From positions 1,008,446 to 1,040,445 of the forward strand of contig NZ_CP120131.1 in NCBI RefSeq assembly GCF_034039665.1: DNA of 32,000 nt. Reading direction: 5' to 3'. Source of the DNA: Mammaliicoccus sp. Dog046 (lineage in GTDB: Bacteria; Bacillota; Bacilli; Staphylococcales; Staphylococcaceae). This document shows positions 27,925 to 32,000 of the stretch, in pieces (position 1 is the stretch's first letter; each line of letters opens with the position of its first letter). A model generated the notes under the pieces. The model saw nothing but the letters and a program-made list of their open reading frames with translations, searched no databases and was not told the origin of the DNA. The position numbers and the translations under genes were made by a program.

Positions 27925-27986
27925 CCTGTTAAAAAATCTAACGAGATAGAAAGTGAAAACAATCTCGTTAGAAGGTATTTTACAGG
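27925..27986. other. About 60-nt imperfect hairpin element (perfect 11-bp inner stem) abutting the STAR-like array
   Basis: The inner stem TCTAACGAGAT (27937-27947) pairs with ATCTCGTTAGA (27962-27972) across a 14-nt loop. It is extended by an outer CCTGTtAAAA / TTTTACAGG pairing. A direct copy of CTAACGAGATAG occurs at 27899-27910. Confidence 0.6.
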
Positions 27987-28008
27987 AAAATAGAGCTAGA
28001 GTAGCATC

Positions 28009-28213
28009 GAACATTGCAAGTGGAGGTCGACATGCAACATTGGGGCGCTGAACATTGCAAGTGGAGGCTGACAAGCAACATTGGGGCGCTGAACATTGCA
28101 AGTGGAGGCTGACAAGCAACATTGGGGCGCTGAACATTGCAAGTGGAGGTCGACAAGCAACATTGGGAAATTGAAAATTGCAAGTGGAGGTCGACAAGCA
28201 ACATTAGAGGATA
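28009..28213. repeat. G+C-rich 41-bp tandem array (5 units), STAR-like
   Basis: Units begin at 28009, 28050, 28091, 28132 and 28173. The consensus is GAACATTGCAAGTGGAGG(CT/TC)GACAAGCAACATTGGGGCGCT. Units 2 and 3 are identical and the last unit decays. The core ACATTGGGGCGC resembles the S. aureus STAR signature TNTGTTGNGGCCCN. Confidence 0.9.
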
Positions 28214-28220
28214 CTGAAAT

Positions 28221-28265
28221 TAAAAAAATCGGGCTGATGAGAATAATATTTCTCATCAGCCCGAT
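28221..28265 (-). terminator. Intrinsic terminator of the PBP gene (minus strand)
   Basis: ATCGGGCTGATGAGAA (28228-28243), loop taatat, TTCTCATCAGCCCGAT (28250-28265). The plus-strand A7 run at 28222-28228 gives the U-tract on the minus-strand transcript. Confidence 0.85.
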
Positions 28266-28297
28266 TTGTTATTGAAAATATTTAGTTTTAATGTTCG

Positions 28298-30736
28298 TTA
28301 GCCAGGTGGTGCTGTACTTGTACCACTGGATGGCTTACTTTTCGAATCGTTGCTACTTGATTTATAAGACCAAGCTTCTTTAGAATTTTTAGCAACTTTT
28401 TCTTTTGGTTTTACTTTTGATGATGTATTAGGATCGATACCTTGACCAAGTCGTTTTAGTACATAGTCTGATTTAATATCTTTTTGAGAAGTATCTAATT
28501 TATCAGATATTAATGTAGAAGATGCTTTAGATTCATCTTTACTACAACCATTTGTTGAGTTTGTATATTGACAAACTGTATCTTCAGATACTGTACTTGG
28601 TTTCGTAAAGTCACTATCGTAGCCTAATTTTTCTCTATCTGTCGTAGAAAGGGCATTAACCATATCTCTCCACATATACAATTGATAGTGATTTTCTTCA
28701 TCAAATGAAATTGGTTGATCATAACCCATCCAAATACCAAGTGTTACTTTAGGTGTATATCCAACAAATAAACTGTCTTTCGCATCTTGAGATGTACCTG
28801 TTTTACCAGCCCAGTTACCGTCAAATGAATTCTTGATTTGGTAACCTGAACCATCATCGAGGACACCTTTTAAGATACTTGTTGTTAAATATGTTGTAGA
28901 TTCGCTAAATATACGTTTTGGATCTTTCTTATGTTGATAAATAACTTTACCATCACGTGATTTAATGGAGTTAATCATGTAACTGTCATTATATTCACCT
29001 TTATTAGCGAGTGTACTATAACCATTAACATCTTGTTCTAATGTAAAGTCTGCTGTACCCAATGTAAGTGCTAATCCATCTTGAATATCTTTAGGTACAT
29101 TCATACCCATCTTATTTAAGTTCTCCCATGGCTTATAATCTTGAACATTACTGTATAGGCGTAGGGTACTTAAGTTCAATGAATTTCTTAATGCATAGTC
29201 AGCAGTTACTGGACCAAATTCTCTTCTGTCATAGTTGTCAGGTGAATACCCAAGATAATCAAACTTCTTATCAAGTAATGCTGTGTTTGGTGTGATTAAA
29301 CCATGTTCAAATGCTGGCGCATAAGTTAACAATGGTTTCATTGTTGAACCTGGTGAACGTTTAGCTGCTGTTGCATGGTTGATTTGAGATTTTTCATAAT
29401 CTCTACCACCTACAAAGGCTAGTATTTTACCTGATTCATTTTCTTTTAATAGTGCACCAACTTCATGTTGGAAGTCTTTCGTATCTTGTTTACCTTCACT
29501 ATTGGTATAGGAAGCTTCTCTATCCGTAGAATAGTGACTTGAATTATTTTTGACATCTTGCAACTTATCGTACATATCTTTATCGATTGTTGTATCAACT
29601 CGATAACCTTCATTACGCATTGCTTTGCTAGCCTTTTCGGTATATTTAGTCATTAGCACAGGCGTTTGATCTAATTCGTTCTTAGATATATTATCCTCTT
29701 TCGCTAAATGATACTTAAGTATATCGATCGTACGTTTTTCTACTTCTTCGGTTAAGTAAGGATATTTTTGATTTGGCTCTTCAATTTTTTCAACAAATGA
29801 TTTCTTTAAATCAAATTTTAATGCATCTTTGTATGTCTTTTTATCAATTTTTTCTTCTTGATACATACGTTTTAATACATAATGTTGTCTATTGAAGCCA
29901 TATTGTAATGAATCATCATCCTTTAGATCACCGTTAGGAAGGAAAGGCGTATATGTGTAAGGGTTTTGTGGTAATCCTGCAAGATATGCTGATTGTGCAA
30001 CATTTAAATCTTTAGCTGATTTACCAAATACACCTTGAGCAGCTGATTCGATACCTGCAATGTTTGAACCATTTGAATTACGGCCAAATGAAACGACATT
30101 GAGATAGCTTGTAATGATTTCATCTTTAGATAAATTTTTCTCAACTCTCATTGAAAGCAGCATTTCTTTTGCTTTACGTTCGAATGAAGTTTCATTCGTA
30201 AGTAGTTGGTTTTTAACGAGTTGTTGCGTTAATGTACTCCCACCAGATGAATTTGGTGTTCCAAGCACTTCTTGTACGGAAGCTCGTATGAATGCTTTAG
30301 GTACAATTCCGTTATGTTTATAAAAATCTTCATCTTCTGTTGATATCAGTGCATTTTTAACATTATCACTCATATCGCTTCCTTTGATAACATCCCTTTG
30401 GACATCACTTTTTAATCGACCAAGTGACTCTCCAGAACCAAAATAAACAGATGTACTTTCGGTCATTGAATAAAGTTGTTGCTTAATTTCCTTTTTAGAC
30501 ATCACTTTTTCATCTTTGACAAGTCCTGCAAAGTATCCGCCACCAATACCCAAACCTAATGCGAGTAATAGGCAACTTATAAAAACAATAATAAAGAATA
30601 AATTGCTTATCACATTGTAAGTTGTATGGAATATTAATCTTGGAGACCATTTTGTTTCTTTAAAAGTATCTTTTACTTTCTTACTTGAACGATTAAATTG
30701 ATCTTTGAATTTATTTTTAGACTGATTTGAACTCAA
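28298..30736 (-). CDS. Class A (bifunctional GT51 transglycosylase + transpeptidase) penicillin-binding protein
   Basis: N-terminal TM anchor. GT51 motifs EDEDFYKHNG, GGSTLTQQLVKN and RKAKEM. Transpeptidase motifs STMK, SLN and KTGTS. Ser/Lys/Pro-rich C-terminal tail. TTG start 6 nt after GGAGGT. Confidence 0.9.
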   Translation of the reverse strand: MSSNQSKNKFKDQFNRSSKKVKDTFKETKWSPRLIFHTTYNVISNLFFIIVFISCLLLALGLGIGGGYFAGLVKDEKVMSKKEIKQQLYSMTESTSVYFGSGESLGRLKSDVQRDVIKGSDMSDNVKNALISTEDEDFYKHNGIVPKAFIRASVQEVLGTPNSSGGSTLTQQLVKNQLLTNETSFERKAKEMLLSMRVEKNLSKDEIITSYLNVVSFGRNSNGSNIAGIESAAQGVFGKSAKDLNVAQSAYLAGLPQNPYTYTPFLPNGDLKDDDSLQYGFNRQHYVLKRMYQEEKIDKKTYKDALKFDLKKSFVEKIEEPNQKYPYLTEEVEKRTIDILKYHLAKEDNISKNELDQTPVLMTKYTEKASKAMRNEGYRVDTTIDKDMYDKLQDVKNNSSHYSTDREASYTNSEGKQDTKDFQHEVGALLKENESGKILAFVGGRDYEKSQINHATAAKRSPGSTMKPLLTYAPAFEHGLITPNTALLDKKFDYLGYSPDNYDRREFGPVTADYALRNSLNLSTLRLYSNVQDYKPWENLNKMGMNVPKDIQDGLALTLGTADFTLEQDVNGYSTLANKGEYNDSYMINSIKSRDGKVIYQHKKDPKRIFSESTTYLTTSILKGVLDDGSGYQIKNSFDGNWAGKTGTSQDAKDSLFVGYTPKVTLGIWMGYDQPISFDEENHYQLYMWRDMVNALSTTDREKLGYDSDFTKPSTVSEDTVCQYTNSTNGCSKDESKASSTLISDKLDTSQKDIKSDYVLKRLGQGIDPNTSSKVKPKEKVAKNSKEAWSYKSSSNDSKSKPSSGTSTAPPG

Positions 30737-30763
30737 ATTTTTACCTCCAATCTAATCATAGCT

Positions 30764-30772
30764 ATTATAACA
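30764..30772 (-). promoter_or_regulatory. Candidate extended -10 promoter of the PBP gene
   Basis: The minus strand reads TGTTATAAT (TGn + TATAAT). There is no good -35, and the implied leader is short. Confidence 0.35.
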
Positions 30773-30785
30773 TAATTACATAGTG

Positions 30786-30814
30786 TTGACTTTTAAAAAA
30801 GTAAGCCTTATACT
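30786..30814 (+). promoter_or_regulatory. Sigma-A promoter of the tyrS T-box leader
   Basis: TTGACT (30786-30791), 17-nt spacer, TATACT (30809-30814). Confidence 0.7.
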
Positions 30815-30820
30815 TTGTAA

Positions 30821-31050
30821 ATAATTACATATGGTAAGAACTAGAGGAGAAGTAATGGTTATTTACTTTTTAAGAGAGTCAGTGGTGCTGCGAACTGATA
30901 AAGTGATAATGATGAATACACCTTGTATAGAAGTTCTGCGTTTTTAATGTACGTAACATTAATGAGCGATGATGTTTTTAACATCATAAGTATGGTGGTA
31001 CCGTGTATTCAAGCACCCTTACATTTTTATGTGAGGGTGCTTTTTTATAT
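30821..31050 (+). promoter_or_regulatory. T-box riboswitch leader, tyrosine-specific (UAC specifier), with terminator/antiterminator
   Basis: The Stem I base pairs AGAACT (30837-30842) with AGTTCT (30932-30937). An AGTA S-turn lies at 30851 and an AGAGAG box at 30873. The specifier loop is GAA-TAC-A, with TAC at 30917-30919. The T-box sequence is GGTGGTACCGTG (30994-31005). The terminator is AGCACCCTtACA ... TGTgAGGGTGCT plus TTTTTT (31011-31046). Confidence 0.9.
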
Positions 31051-31054
31051 TTAA

Positions 31055-32000
<946 letters not shown>

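Noticed and set aside
27748-27993. 81-aa plus-strand ORF overlapping the 3' end of fhs and running through the fhs terminator.
   Set aside because: It starts inside fhs in another frame, has no RBS, and traverses a terminator and a hairpin element. The peptide shows no recognisable features.
27913-28256. Three overlapping minus-strand ORFs (94, 74 and 86 aa) with Cys/Pro-rich repetitive peptides such as CRPPLAMFSAPMLLVSLHLQCSAPQCC.
   Set aside because: They are products of the stop-free 41-bp tandem array. The period is not a multiple of 3, so the same sequence is read in all three frames and gives cyclically permuted peptides. There is no RBS, and the region lies between convergent terminators.

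Overview
This is a low-GC, Staphylococcus-type chromosomal core segment. I call 28 protein genes. I saw no rRNA or tRNA genes and no transposase, integrase or cas genes. Gene order follows the conserved Bacillales block: dat, ytmP-like kinase, trmB, ytnP-like MBL hydrolase, ytzB/ytoP, ytpP-ytpQ-ytpR-sftA/ftsK-murC, DUF948/YtxH stress genes, aroA, ccpA, acuCBA diverging from acsA, and tyrS. Genes lying between the members of that block are a NERD-domain gene, a PatB/MalY C-S lyase, a TcyABC-like ABC transporter, a PTS_EIIC_2 membrane protein, fhs and a class A PBP. Readable regulatory signals include a tyrS T-box leader with a UAC specifier, cre boxes at ccpA and acsA, a SigB-type promoter ahead of the DUF948/YtxH genes, several near-consensus sigma-A promoters, and about a dozen intrinsic terminators. 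I do not see a convincing new multi-gene system, and most of the window is ordinary housekeeping DNA. The unusual material is mostly non-coding. There are two sequence-unrelated tandem arrays, both with an exact 41-bp period. One is AT-rich and dyad-symmetric, and starts 6 nt after the stop codon of the NERD/Zn-ribbon gene, whose C-terminus looks like a possible HTH. The other is G+C-rich and STAR-like, and sits between the convergent fhs and PBP terminators. There are also two long palindromic hairpin elements and a family of related terminator hairpins. All product calls rest on motifs and synteny recalled from memory. No database search was run.
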